Counted from the stretch's first letter, positions 11,816 to 24,229 are shown. The stretch: DNA of 50,712 nucleotides from Octopus sinensis (GCF_006345805.1 NW_021834201.1:1-50712), one strand, 5' to 3'. Program-made: numbers and translations. Notes: generated from the letters alone by a model not told the origin.

Positions 11816-13198
11816 AGTGGGACCCGTGAATATTTTACAGAATTAATGGTAATCCTATTGGGTTATTTCTGAAAACTTTATCCAAAGAACCTAAAAGCGT
11901 AGCCTGTGTTGCATCTGTGTCAAAAGATATTTACTCATCTGCTAATCACTGAAAAGTGAAGGAAATTGGATTACAATGATTACCTAATGCACTTTATATA
12001 CTTTATGCACAATTTTATAGACTTAATACACAACACTCTCCCTCTTTCTTCTTTTGCTCTTTGCCTTTCCCTTCAACTAATCACGTAAAAGTGTAACAGA
12101 TAAGTTAATTAACAGAGGTAAAAAACTCATTACAAAAAAAAAAAATTACACTTCACTCACCACTACCTCCCACCCACTTCCCAACTAATCATGTGGAAGT
12201 GTTATGAATGTGTTAAGAAACGGAGTGACAAGCAGAATCATATGATATTAAAATTGGGTGTTAATTTAAACTGTATTATCAGAGTCAAAATGACTTTTAC
12301 TTAAATGATCAAAATCTAGTTCAGGAAAATTATCATTAGAGTTAATTTCATGGAAAATTAGGGACTATCTCGGCTCAAAATCTGTAAACATGAGTAGAAT
12401 CAATAGAGGGAATTATGAAATTCAATCAATAGAACGGCCTACTCATGAAATTAACATGTAAGAGGCAGAGTACTCCACAGATCCATAGCCATGTGTACCG
12501 TTAATATGGCTCTCTGGGAGATCCAACAGGACACAGAATGTGACAAGGCTGGACTTTGAAATACAGGTACAACTCATTTTTGCCAGCTAAAATAAAGTGT
12601 CTTGCTCAAGGACACAATGTGCCACCAAGTATCAAACTTATGACCTTACAATCTTGAGCTGAATATCCTAACCACTTAGCCATGTGTCTTCACCTATACA
12701 CACACCACACACAACAGGCATCCGTTGTTCTTGAAAGACCATTGATCTGCACCTGGGGAGTTTTGTGTCAGTTGCTGATGATGGTGCAGTGACTGCTGTG
12801 GCAGTACAAGCCTACATGGGAGTGGCAGTCTTGCATACAGTGACTGCATTTGAGGATGCTCTCCACTGGCACATACGCATATAGATGTATATATATGTAT
12901 ATGAACCCCTCCTAACAAATCATCTTCCTAATACCCTCTATCCTTCATTTTTCTGACTATGGAACTATTTCACTCAGCTTATGTACCTCTGAATTCATCA
13001 TTGGCTCTGTGCATCTCCCTTGCATTCTCCTTCTCCACTTCACATTATCTTTGTAGCAAACTATTATCTCCACATCTACTTCCTCCACTTTCACCACTCA
13101 CTACATTTCTCTCTTTTCCCCATCTTTATCCACCTGCCACTTGAAAAAAAATTATGCTCACTGTCTGTCCTTCCCAAAATAAATAAGAAACTACTTAC

Positions 13199-13342
13199 CT
13201 TGTCGTACATAGAACAAAACATAAGCGCTACTCAAATGGTCATCTCTCGGCATGTGCTGGCTAACATTCTCATCATTATAGTAGTACCAGTTGTTTTCAA
13301 TAGGATGTTTACTGTAACAGGTGTAGTGACCAGAATTAGATC
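13199..13342 (-). CDS. USP exon 15 (His box)
   Basis: SNSGHYTCYSKHPIENNWYYYNDENV...AYVLFYVRQ; ctcctgtag acceptor, gtaagt donor; 144 nt, phase 1-1. Confidence 0.95.
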
Positions 13343-13439
13343 CTACAGGAGATAAAAATAAAAATTTGATGAACATGTATATATTAAGTGAAACTAAAAG
13401 CAAATATTATGCCTAAGAATTGAGAATTTATTAGCTTAC

Positions 13440-13585
13440 CTCCAAAATGGCACACAAAACTGTGTAGGTCATAAAGCAAGTTCTTGGTGTGAGGACCAGA
13501 AGTGAACTGACTAAGGTCTAAATCTTCAAGAGGGAATGTCACTAAATTGTCAATTTTGGTACTTGTAAGTTCATGAAATACAAAC
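13440..13585 (-). CDS. USP exon 14
   Basis: FVFHELTSTKIDNLVTFPLEDLDLSQF...YDLHSFVCHFG; 146 nt, phase 2-1. Confidence 0.95.
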
Positions 13586-14427
13586 CTAAGAAAGAACAAA
13601 CTGATAGTATAAACATAATAGCTAAAAAGTAACAAAGAGTTTACTTAAATCTCAAATTGAAATATCACTATAAAGTTAGGACAATTTGCTCTAGGAAATT
13701 CAGTTTATGCATGGTAGCAATCTTAAATAGCATACAATGCCAATGATGACATGGGTGCATGTATCTATAGCATCATCTTTGTAATAAAAGCCTAATCTTA
13801 TATCTGGAGGAACTATTCTTTTGCCAGTTTTCTTGGTTTATATTTATTATAGATACCATCCATTAACTGGTACTCTTTAACAACCTTTTATAATTCAGAC
13901 ATGCTACATGCCCATAGCAATGTAGTTATTTTATTTGTTGAAAAAATTACATCAAATGCTTTTGAAATAATCTTCTCACTCAATTCTTTTAAATTAACTT
14001 TGCATGTCCTCTGGTGCATATTTAATTCTTTTCTTTTCAATTACTGCTGATTGCCCACATGTACAGTAACAAAGTATTGCATTTATTAAACATAAAATTT
14101 GTCCTTTGATAGATGAAAAAAAATCTTTGTTGACAACACATAACCTCAAAGTTTGCATTACACTTAATTTTAGTTGGCATTGAAAAATAACTCATTGAAC
14201 ATATATATGGTCATAAGTCAAATGAAAAAATTTTTAAGGCAATAATAATCAATTTGATAAATATTGAATAAACTTGTTAAAACATAATTATTGTATTTCA
14301 TATTTAATATATATTACATTAGATTCATAACATATGCTCTATATGTGCCACCAGGTAACAGACTTATGACCTTATATTACACACTCCAACATTCAAAATA
14401 TCAAAGTAGGTTTCATTTTAATTTTAC

Positions 14428-14544
14428 CGTTTTAGATATATAATAAGATTATCAGGATATCGCCAGACAGTCATTGTTTTCTTAGCACGGCAGTTCTTGG
14501 AGCAGTTTGGACAATACCAAGGATTGTGCTCATCTAGTGTTTCA
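14428..14544 (-). CDS. USP exon 13 (not in the ORF track)
   Basis: ETLDEHNPWYCPNCSKNCRAKKTMTVWRYPDNLIIYLKR; 117 nt, phase 2-2. Confidence 0.95.
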
Positions 14545-14829
14545 CTGAAGAATAAGAAATATTGGAACTAATAGAAAAACTGTTTGTTATTTTTGATAGG
14601 TACGCACTGTGATATTATGATAAGATCTTGGAAAATGTAAGAGTGGTTCTTAGAACTTGACTACATTGCTCATAAAATGAGAAAATGTCAAATTTATGCT
14701 CTGCTTATTCTTTTAAAAATTTTAATTTTCATGTTTATGTAAGAAACATTTTTGTGTCTAATAATATTGGTCATCATATCTTTATTTAACAATTGTTACA
14801 GGCTCTAGATACAGTGAGTCTAAGAAAGA

Positions 14830-17800
14830 GCCCATGCCTTCCACACCCTCAGGGTTGGCACCCTCAACGTTGGCACTCTGAAAGGTAGGTCTGGTGAGAT
14901 AGTCGAGATGCTTGAACAGAGATGTGTGGATATATGTTGCATGCAAGAAATAAGGTGGAGAGGAGGATCAGCTAGGTTCCTCACAGGCAAGGAACGCAGG
15001 TACAAGATTTTCTGGGCAGGGAACACTGACGGGGTTGGTGGCGTGGGTATACTTATCGCTGAGAAATGGGTAGATAAAGTAATAAGGTAATCAGAGTAAG
15101 TGACAGAATACTTAAGATTAGATTAGTGCTTCATCATAGTTTAGCAACCATTATATCAGCCTATGCTCCTCAGTCGGGGCTACCCGATGGACAGAAAGAC
15201 CGATTCTATGACACTCTACTGCAGACTACCTCATTGACGAACGACAGAGACCTTATCTTTGTGGCTGGTGACTTCAATGGTCACGTTGGACGACATGCTG
15301 GGGGCTTCCATGGCGTACATGGAGGCTATGGCTATGGCTCCCGCAACGAGGAGGGAACCAGGCTGCTGGAGTTCTGCGATGCAAATAATCTTATGATTTG
15401 CAACACTAACTTCAGGAAACCTACCAGCCACCTAGTCACTTACCAATCGGGCCAACATACCAGCCAAATTGACTACATCCTTACAAGGCAAAGGGAGAGA
15501 TGGCTGCTTATAAATGCCAAAACCTTCCCAGGTGAAGAATGTACCCCACAACATAGACTGGTAGTTAGTGACTTTAGGATCAGGACTAGGAGGACAACCA
15601 GAAGACGACAAATATGGAGAAGAAGGATCTGGAAGCTTAAAGATCCTGCAAATGGACAGAGATTTAGGGACATATTACTTGAAGCCGCTGACGAAGTAGA
15701 AGGGGATAGAGCATCACAGGGGGTAGAAGACAGCTGGACGTTTCTAAGGGACAACCTGCTGAGAGCCACTGACCAGATCTGTGGCTGGTGCAAAGTCCCC
15801 TCTCGACCTAGAATAACGTGGTGGTGGAACAATATTGTAGACAGGGCTATTAGAGAAAAGAGACAGGCTTGGAAGGTCTGGAAAAATGGGGGTAGCAGGG
15901 AATTGTATCAGACTGCCAAAAGAGAAGCTAGGAGACAGGTTTATTTAGCCAGAGGGGAAGCAGATAAGAAAAAATTTGCCAATGTTCTGCGCCGTGAGGA
16001 CCAAAGACTGGAGGTGTTTCGTGTTGCAAGACAGTGTTTGAGAGAGAATCGTGATGTGGTAGGAGAGAAGTGTGTTCGCATGGAAGATGGTTCACTTGCG
16101 CTAAATGAGGATGCGAAGAGAGAGGTTTGGAGATGCCACTATGAAAGGTTGCTGAATGAAGAAAATGAATGGGATAAAGAGAGTCTGCCGAATGTTGACC
16201 CAACAGAGGGACCAGCTATCCGAGTTGATAGTTCTGTGGTAGCTAAGGCAATTAGAAGCATGAAGACAGGGAAAGCCCCAGGCCCATCAGGAATCACTGC
16301 AGAGATGCTCAAAATGTCTGGTAGTGTCGGCTATAGCCTAGTCACCCATATAGTTAATCAGGTGATACACAAAGGGGTCATACCCAATGACTGGTGTAGC
16401 AGTATAATAGTCAACTGCTACAAAGGTAAAGGTGATGCCCTAGATACAAATAACTACAGAGGTATCAAGCTGTTGGACCAGGTGATGAAGGTTACGGAGA
16501 GGGTCATAGCCCAACTAATTAGAGAGAGAGTTAGTTTAGATGAGATGCAGTTTGGGTTTGTGCCAGGGAAAAGTACTACTGATGCTATATTCCTGGTAAG
16601 GCAGCTGCAGGAGAAATACCTAGCCAAAGATAAGCCCCTGTACCTGGCTTTTGTTGACATGGAGAAAGCCTTCGACAGGGTCCCCCGATCCCTTATCTGG
16701 TGGGCAATGAGAAAACTAGGGATAGATGAATGGTTAGTGAGAGCTGTGCGGGCCATGTATAGGGACGCCGCTAGTAGGGTGAGGGTTGGAAATGAGTACA
16801 GTGAAGAATTCCGGGTAGAGGTAGGGGTCCACCAAGGCTCAGTACTCAGCCCCCTCCTATTTATCATAGTCCTCCAGGCAATAACGGAGGAATTCAAGAC
16901 AGGATGCCCTTGGGAGCTCCTCTATGCTGATGACCTTGCTCTAATTGCTGAGTCGCTATCAGAACTGGAGGAGAAGTTTCAGGTGTGGAAACAAGGATTA
17001 GAATCGAAGGGCCTCAGAGTCAATCTAGCTAAAACCAAAGTCGTAATCAGTAGGAAGGTAGACAAATCACAAACACCTTCAGGTAGATGGCCCTGCTCGA
17101 TCTGTAGAAAAGGTGTAGGTAGAAACTCTATAAGATGCACCAAGTGTAAGCTATGGACACATAAGAGATGCAGCAATGTCAAAGGAAGGCTAACTAGGAA
17201 GATGGTTTTTGTATGTGGCAGATGCTCAGGAACAATAAACACTGAAAATGCTCTGAGACCAACTTCCGTCACTTTCCAGGGAGAAAAACTAGAAATAGTT
17301 GATAGTTTCCGTTACCTAGGTGACCAAGTCAGCAGCGGGGGTGGGTGTGCTGAAAGTGTAACTGCTAGAGTAAGAATAGCTTGGGCAAAGTTCAGAGAGC
17401 TCTTACCTCTGCTGGTGACAAAAGGCCTCTCGCACAGAGTGAAAGGCAGACTGTATGATGCGTGTGTACGAACAGCCATGCTACATGGCAGTGAAACATG
17501 GGCCGTGACTGCTGAGGATATGCGTAAGCTCGCTAGAAATGAAGCCAGTATGCTCCGATGGATGTGTAATGCCGGTACTCACACTCGGCAGAGTGTAAGT
17601 ACCTTGAGAGAAAAGCTGGACCTAAGAAGCATCAGTTGTGGTGTGCAAGAGAGACGTTTGCGCTGGTATGGTCATGTGGCGAGAATGGATGAAGATAGTT
17701 GTGTGAAAAAGTGCCACACCCTAGCGGTTGAGGGAACCTGTGGAAGAGGCAGACCCAGGAAAACCTGGGACGAGGTGGTGAAGCACGACCTTCGAACTTT

Positions 17801-18485
17801 AGGTCTCACTGAGGAAATGACTAGAGACCGAGACCTCTGGAAGTGTGCTGTGCGCGAGAAGACCCGGCAGGACAAGTGAGTCCACAACCCGTGGCCTTCT
17901 ACATGGGATGGAGCCAGCCTACGTATGCATACCTTCCCTTCTTGGGACACAAAACTCTACTTGTGAAGACGTGTTGAGGCAAGTGAGGATCAGAATCGAA
18001 ATCGATCAATGGAAATTGCGGATGTGCTACCAGTGCCGGTGGCATGTCGAAACTCTGCTTGTGAAGACCCATTGAGGCAAGTGAGGATCAGAATCGAAAT
18101 CGATCAATGGAAATCGATCAATGGAAATTGCAGATGTGTTACCAGTGCCGGTGGCATGTAAGAGAACTTTCCGTTTCGCGACCGTTGCCAGCACCGCCCC
18201 GTTTCGTGTCCGTTGCCAGCCTCGCCTGGCCCTCGTGCCGGTGGCACATAAAAAGCACCATCCGTTCGTGGCCGTTTGCCAGCTCTGTCTGGCACCAGTG
18301 CGGGTGGCACGTAAAAAGCACCCACTACACTCACGGAGTGGTTGGCGTTAGGAAGGGCATCCAGCCGTAGAAACACTGCCAGATTTGACTGGGCCTGATG
18401 AAGCCTTCTGGCTTCACAGACCCCAGTAGAACCGTCCAACCCATGCTAGCATGGAAAACGGACGCTAAATGATGATGATGATGAT
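14830..18485 (+). mobile_element. RTE-clade LINE, nearly complete, 5'-truncated, one frameshift, (TGA)n tail; antisense within the exon 12-13 intron
   Basis: APE motifs (TLNVGTL, GDFNGHVG), RT motif LLYADDL, 3' region ending atgatgatgatgat at ~18485. Confidence 0.95.
15126..17879 (+). CDS. RTE polyprotein: APE C-terminal part, RT and PHD-like finger (917 aa; N-terminal ~85 aa lie in another frame at 14830-15085)
   Basis: Uninterrupted ORF; the upstream frame rejoins it if 1 nt is restored at ~15085. Confidence 0.93.
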   Translation: MLHHSLATIISAYAPQSGLPDGQKDRFYDTLLQTTSLTNDRDLIFVAGDFNGHVGRHAGGFHGVHGGYGYGSRNEEGTRLLEFCDANNLMICNTNFRKPTSHLVTYQSGQHTSQIDYILTRQRERWLLINAKTFPGEECTPQHRLVVSDFRIRTRRTTRRRQIWRRRIWKLKDPANGQRFRDILLEAADEVEGDRASQGVEDSWTFLRDNLLRATDQICGWCKVPSRPRITWWWNNIVDRAIREKRQAWKVWKNGGSRELYQTAKREARRQVYLARGEADKKKFANVLRREDQRLEVFRVARQCLRENRDVVGEKCVRMEDGSLALNEDAKREVWRCHYERLLNEENEWDKESLPNVDPTEGPAIRVDSSVVAKAIRSMKTGKAPGPSGITAEMLKMSGSVGYSLVTHIVNQVIHKGVIPNDWCSSIIVNCYKGKGDALDTNNYRGIKLLDQVMKVTERVIAQLIRERVSLDEMQFGFVPGKSTTDAIFLVRQLQEKYLAKDKPLYLAFVDMEKAFDRVPRSLIWWAMRKLGIDEWLVRAVRAMYRDAASRVRVGNEYSEEFRVEVGVHQGSVLSPLLFIIVLQAITEEFKTGCPWELLYADDLALIAESLSELEEKFQVWKQGLESKGLRVNLAKTKVVISRKVDKSQTPSGRWPCSICRKGVGRNSIRCTKCKLWTHKRCSNVKGRLTRKMVFVCGRCSGTINTENALRPTSVTFQGEKLEIVDSFRYLGDQVSSGGGCAESVTARVRIAWAKFRELLPLLVTKGLSHRVKGRLYDACVRTAMLHGSETWAVTAEDMRKLARNEASMLRWMCNAGTHTRQSVSTLREKLDLRSISCGVQERRLRWYGHVARMDEDSCVKKCHTLAVEGTCGRGRPRKTWDEVVKHDLRTLGLTEEMTRDRDLWKCAVREKTRQDK

Positions 18486-18838
18486 ATGTTAAACCTACTC
18501 TAGAGACCCAACAGAATATTAATAAGTAACAATGTGTTGCTAATTAATTTCAGAATGATTTCAGTATTTTTATAAAGGGTCCTCCTGGATTTACAAATTC
18601 TTAGCAAGCAATCTTATATATCAGGTAGATGTTACTTTGTATTTAATGAATAACTCATGCCAACACAGAAAGCAGATGTATGATGATGATGATTCAATTT
18701 AATAAATATTTAATGAATATTCAGTAAGCAGAATTGATAATAAATATATGATCCAAATATAATAAAACATATAACATAATAAAATTTAAATCTATACATG
18801 TAAATCATAAATTCACACTCGTATTAATATACAGATAC

Positions 18839-19071
18839 CTTTGCATAAATGCTGTGAAACAATCATAAAGAGACATTGGAGTATTTGGACGTAGGTTTTC
18901 CATAGATTCATGATCAATTACACTCTGCTCCAAGAGCTGACCCTGTTCAGCAGGAACAGTAACAAAAGTAATGGTAAGATGATCACCAGGTTGGAGAGTA
19001 ACTTGACCAGTGCGCTGGACAACACAACCAACACATTGGTTTACTGATGGACATCGAGAACACTGTAGACC
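18839..19071 (-). CDS. USP exon 12 (CxxCx5CxxC cluster)
   Basis: GLQCSRCPSVNQCVGC...MSLYDCFTAFMQ; 233 nt, phase 0-2. Confidence 0.93.
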
Positions 19072-20167
19072 CTTGAAGATAAAACAAGAGAAAGAGAAAA
19101 AAATATTAATGAATCTCTTATGATAAAAGGCAGATTTTCTCTGCCTCCCAAACCGTTCGTTTTTTATACAATTGTACAATATAGAATTTCTTCAATTGGA
19201 ATTTACCTATCATTTTTCCAAGTAGATTCCATTGGGTCATGGCATGTAAAGTTTTTTCAATTTCACCCCCAATTAAGCAAAAATTCGAGAGAACTCAATA
19301 TTTTATGATTTCCCTCTTTCATTTCAAGTGCTTCACTCCTACCATTACCACTACACTTTCTCCTCCTTTCTCTTTGCAAGTGTGCAGCAATTAAAGTGAA
19401 AGTATTTATATAAAAGGGATGAGCAATTAATACTGGTCATCCTTTTTGCTAGAGAAAGATCCGCTATGGTCTTATATGCTACACCACTGGTTTTCAATTC
19501 ATATTAATCAAATTAATATTCAATTTTTCAACCTTATTATGTGTGTGTGTATTAGCAATTCGTATAAAATTGCATCAATGACTTGAACTTGAATAAGTGG
19601 TTTCACATAAATGGGGATACATTAAAAAGGTTTGTTGTTATTATTATTACTGTTTGACTATTGTAATCACGTTTGTTGGTTCCTCGTCAGTGAAACGTTG
19701 TTGTGTTGCATTTGTTAAATAATTGTAAACCGTAACCCTCCCCCTTTCGGAGAAGGGGCTTTGGTTATTGTTTTAAAATTGAATTGTGTCCCTGTTTGGG
19801 GAAATTGACAATATTTTCACCGTCTTTACGGAAGCATTTTTGTTAAAATGCCTTCGATAGAAGAAAGTCCAAAAATGAATTTCGCTGCAGCCGTACACTT
19901 CTATACAAGAGGGAGGACAAGATCCAATTGATCGAAATTGCAAGAGACGGGCCTACAATTCCAGTCTGTTATATATTTTGAGTATTGTTATCACTAGCGA
20001 TATCAAGATATAACTTTCTATTTTGTATTTTATGTGTAGATGTATATATATATATAGATGTACATGTAATATGTACACACACATATATATATATATATAT
20101 ACACACACATATATACATGCATAATATATCTACCCATACACACACACACACATATACATAGGGGCAG

Positions 20168-21500
20168 GTGTGGCAACAAACTACGTTTGAAGATACTGTA
20201 CTTGATATGGGCGGTAGTGCCTTGCCGGTCTATGGCCTACCTTCAACAAACCGGGAAGGCACAAACACTCTGTCTTCACATTTGCTGCGTGAGACATGTT
20301 TTAATGTTGACGAGCTTGCCGAGTACATAGCCGACAATGAGCCAAAGCTCCTTCCAGAACAGAAGTTCGCTTACAACTCTGTTGTTAATTCAGACTGGGC
20401 CAAAGCTGTAGGGATATTTTTCCTGGACGCTCCTGGGGGCACTGGGAAAACTTTTCTCAACAAATTAATATTGGCTGAGATTAGGCGAACACAAGGCATT
20501 GCCCTAGCTGTGGCATCATCTGGAATTGCGGCTACTTTGTTGCCAGGTGGCAGGACAGCTCACTCCACTTTCAAGCTTCCGCTTGACTTAGCGAAGACTG
20601 AGACACCAACTTGCAACATCAGTAACAGCTCCGATCAGGCAGAAGTCTTCAGACAATGCAAGCTTATCGTTTGGGATGAATGCACGATGGCCCACAGAGG
20701 TGCTCTTGAGGCACTAGATAGATCTCTCAGAGACATCAAACACTCTTCAGCTCCCATGGGAGGCATAACACTTCTTCTTTCAGGGGACTTCCGACAAACA
20801 CTTCCCGTTATTCCCAAAGGGACTAGAGCTGATGCAGTAAGTGCGTGTCTTAAGTCATCCACATTGTGGCCACTGGTGAAGACTCTCAAACTTCACACCA
20901 ATATGCGTGCTCATATGCGACGTAATATCACATCAGCAGCATTTTCTCACACCCTCCTTGCACTTGGTGAAGGCAAAATACCAGGGGATGAAAATGGTAA
21001 TATTGCCATCGATTCCATTTGTACCATTGTTAAAACGCCTTCTGATCTCAGAGACGCAGTGTTCCCAGATCTACAAGCTAATTATCAGAATATGGATTGG
21101 ATTGGCCAAAGGGCTATTCTGGCCCCGAGGAATAAAACTGTTCACCATATTAATGATGAAATGCTAAAACTCATTCCTGGGGATGTCTATGTATATAAGT
21201 CTATAATTACAACTCCTGACCCAGAGGACGTCATCAACTATCCAATAGAGGTACTCAATTCCTTTGAGCCCCCCGGACTACCACCACACATTCTCAAACT
21301 TAAAGTTGGTGCCCCTATAATGCTCATTAGAAATTTGGTTCCCCCAAAACAATGCAATGGCACACGTTTTATTGTTAAGTCCTTATCTCCCACCATAAAC
21401 TTATATCAATATTTGCCTGAATAATCATCATAATTCAGTGCAATCATTAACAGTACTTTCAAGCAATTCAGCCCCGAGCATCGCCGAGCAATTCTGCTAG
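20168..21500 (+). mobile_element. Helitron fragment: partial PIF1 helicase plus 3' terminus
   Basis: DAPGGTGKT, IVWDEC, GDFRQTLPV and CNGTR motifs; 3' end cccgagcatcgccgagcaattctgCTAG|T at 21497-21501; Rep domain and last helicase motifs absent. Confidence 0.9.
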
Positions 21501-21557
21501 TGTTAAAATAAAATATAAGAATAAATGTAAGAATCTACAAACAGAAGTAGTACAAAC

Positions 21558-21741
21558 CTCTTCCATGGTAAAAGCGATTGTGTATTGCAGGGCTGTATGG
21601 ACTATTTGGTCAACACAATTATACAAAGTGCCACCACTAATGTTGTTAGGAAGGTATAAGATGTGGGGATGACCAATCAATTGCTGTTGTTCAGGATTTG
21701 ATTTACTTAGACATCGGAAAGTCAGTGGCACAGCTAAGATT
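21558..21741 (-). CDS. USP exon 11
   Basis: ILAVPLTFRC...LIGHPHILYLPNNISGGTLY...FTMEE; 184 nt, phase 2-0. Confidence 0.9.
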
Positions 21742-24229
21742 CTATGAGAAAAATATAGAAAAATATACAGATTATGCTTACACTACATATGGTCATGTAG
21801 TCTCTCATAATAGAACCTGTTCTAATGGTCATCATACAGTAACAAAGAATACGCTTTTATCATTTTAAAGTTCTAAATAATGTCATATGAATAATGAATT
21901 AGATAATAGAAAATTAAGGGCCATGAGTTGACTAAATATATTAACATTTACCTGGATGATGAAATTGATAGTCTAAAAGTGAGACTAACTTTTAGTATTT
22001 ATGTGAATAATTTATTGCAGAATAGTGCTCCTGACTTCACTCTAACAGCATTAATACCATCATTTTATGCCTGCTGTGTATGCAAACATAAGCCAGATGG
22101 TTTGACAGGATCTAATGAGTCAGAGGACCATGTTTTGCTCCAACAATTTATGGTGTTCACTCGGCATCCAGCCCTTCCTATCACCAACATGTTACTTTAC
22201 AGAGTGTACTGGGTGCTTTTTCATGGCACCAGCGTAAGTCACAATTAATGTGCAAAACTAAGAAACACCTCCATGACCTGAGAAAGAAAATTAAGAGAGA
22301 TAGGGTGGAGACTAGCAAGGTGTTAAGAAGTTAAAGTATGATGGAAGGAGCAGGTTTCTTGTGAAAGGATATTAGTGGGGAAGCTCAGAGAAAGAGCAGT
22401 GTCAGTGGTTTGTGAGTGCAACTCAGAGAATATTAACAAGGGCTGTGGGGTAGGCTGAATAGGAGATTTATAGCTACTCTGTGTTATATGTTGGTGTATT
22501 GATGCTAGAAAGAGAGACATAAAGATGGTGTTGAGGAACCAGAATATATCCTCAAGTCCAAGATAATGAATAGAAGAGAGCAAGGTGACAGAAGGGTCAG
22601 GTCAGGTGGGTAAAAATTACAAGAAAGTGTAGGAAGTGAAGGTAGTTTGGTGAATGAGAGTCAATAGTATGAATGAAGGATTGTTATCAATAGGAAGTGG
22701 CTCAAGGCAGAGGGAGTGATGATTGGTAGTACAGTATGGTAATATATAAGTCAATTTACATTTTCATTATTTAGTAGCTTGGTAGAATTATTAGAGTATC
22801 AAATAAAATGATATGTGGTGTTTAGTCATGACCCTTTATATTCACAGTTTAAGTTCTGCCAAAGTTAACTATCTTTCATCCTTCTGGTTTCAAATATAAT
22901 TAACTATACCCATCAACAATACACTTATAGTGAGTCAAGGAAGTTCTATTTGGTTGTCATGTATTAGCACTGTAGTACTACGGCAACTTCAGCCAATTAA
23001 AGCTGGTTGCGGATTAATACAAACAGCAACTTTCACACCTTTTTTCAATATTTAGCTAGCAGTTAGCAGGAAACTTTGACAAGTGCACAGCTATTTTCAG
23101 TAGGACTTTGGAAGGACACTACCCCTGATGGCATACTTCAACATGAACAGCTATGTTATTTCACCAACTTAACACAGTAAACTTCAGTATAACGTTAAGC
23201 TTGCTTGTCAAATCCCATTATTCTCTATTGATGGAACTTGCCTGTTTAACCTTTTTACTACATTTATCGTGGTATGCTTCTACCCATTTGTGTAAATATT
23301 AAGTCCATTGGCCTCTTTCCTTGACTCCAACATACAATTGCCTACTCTCATTGCAACCCAAATAAATTATGATGTTTATTCTGATTTATTTGTTGTATTT
23401 CCTCAATGCCTCACAGATGCAACTCTTTTCTTGACTTTCCATGTTGTGTATTTATTTAGTAACACACTAAAATTGGTAACACTTTAATCAAATTACATTC
23501 TAGCACCAAAACTACTCCATTACATTGGTGACTGATGTGATGTTGGAAGATTTCTTCGAGGAATGGGAAATATTCCCCCACTAAAAAAATATTAATATTA
23601 TTATGCACAGGAAATGAACACTTTAAAACTACATTTGCTGCATTCTGCTTCATTTGAACTCTGTGTGTACATTTAGCTGCACACACCCAGCATTCAATGT
23701 TCATGTTTTTCTATCATGCAATGTTGCACTTCAGCCTTTCTCTTAGGAAGAATATCTATTTGTTGCCGGAATAGGTAACAGCTTTCTGAACTTTTTTACC
23801 TATTCTTAATCTGGTTTCTATACTTTCTAAACATCCTCCTCCATTGATAATTAGGTCAGCTAAGGAGCAAATATTTCTAGGGAGCCTCTGAGAATTTGAA
23901 AGAATATATTTCATTAGTGCTCTTACTTATTATTCCTGTGCATTTGTTAAATATGAAGTTTGTCTCTGTCAGCTTGCCTGTAATTCCAATGTACCTTTTG
24001 TGTAACTATAGTGTATATCATGCAATTCTTACCTGTTCCTTTTCTTCATACTGCCCTTGGCTATTTCCAAGATGGCAGCAGAGTTCTATCTTCTTTCTTT
24101 TTAACTAAAAACTGTTTTTGTCAGTTTTACTTTTACAACTTGATTCTAGGCTTTGTTTCTATGTATGAAATTTTTTTTCTGTAATTCTGTGACAGACTCA
24201 ACCCCCTCTGTTAGAGAATAATAATAAAG

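Noticed and set aside
18395-18419. CTGATGA as a hammerhead ribozyme core
   Set aside because: It is followed by a simple hairpin (tgaagcc-ttct-ggcttca) with no GAAA; other tail copies do not keep CTGATGA consistently.
14780-18510. Target-site duplication for the large RTE
   Set aside because: Only loose similarity (tgttacaggctctagatac versus tgttaaacctactctagagac); no exact repeat.
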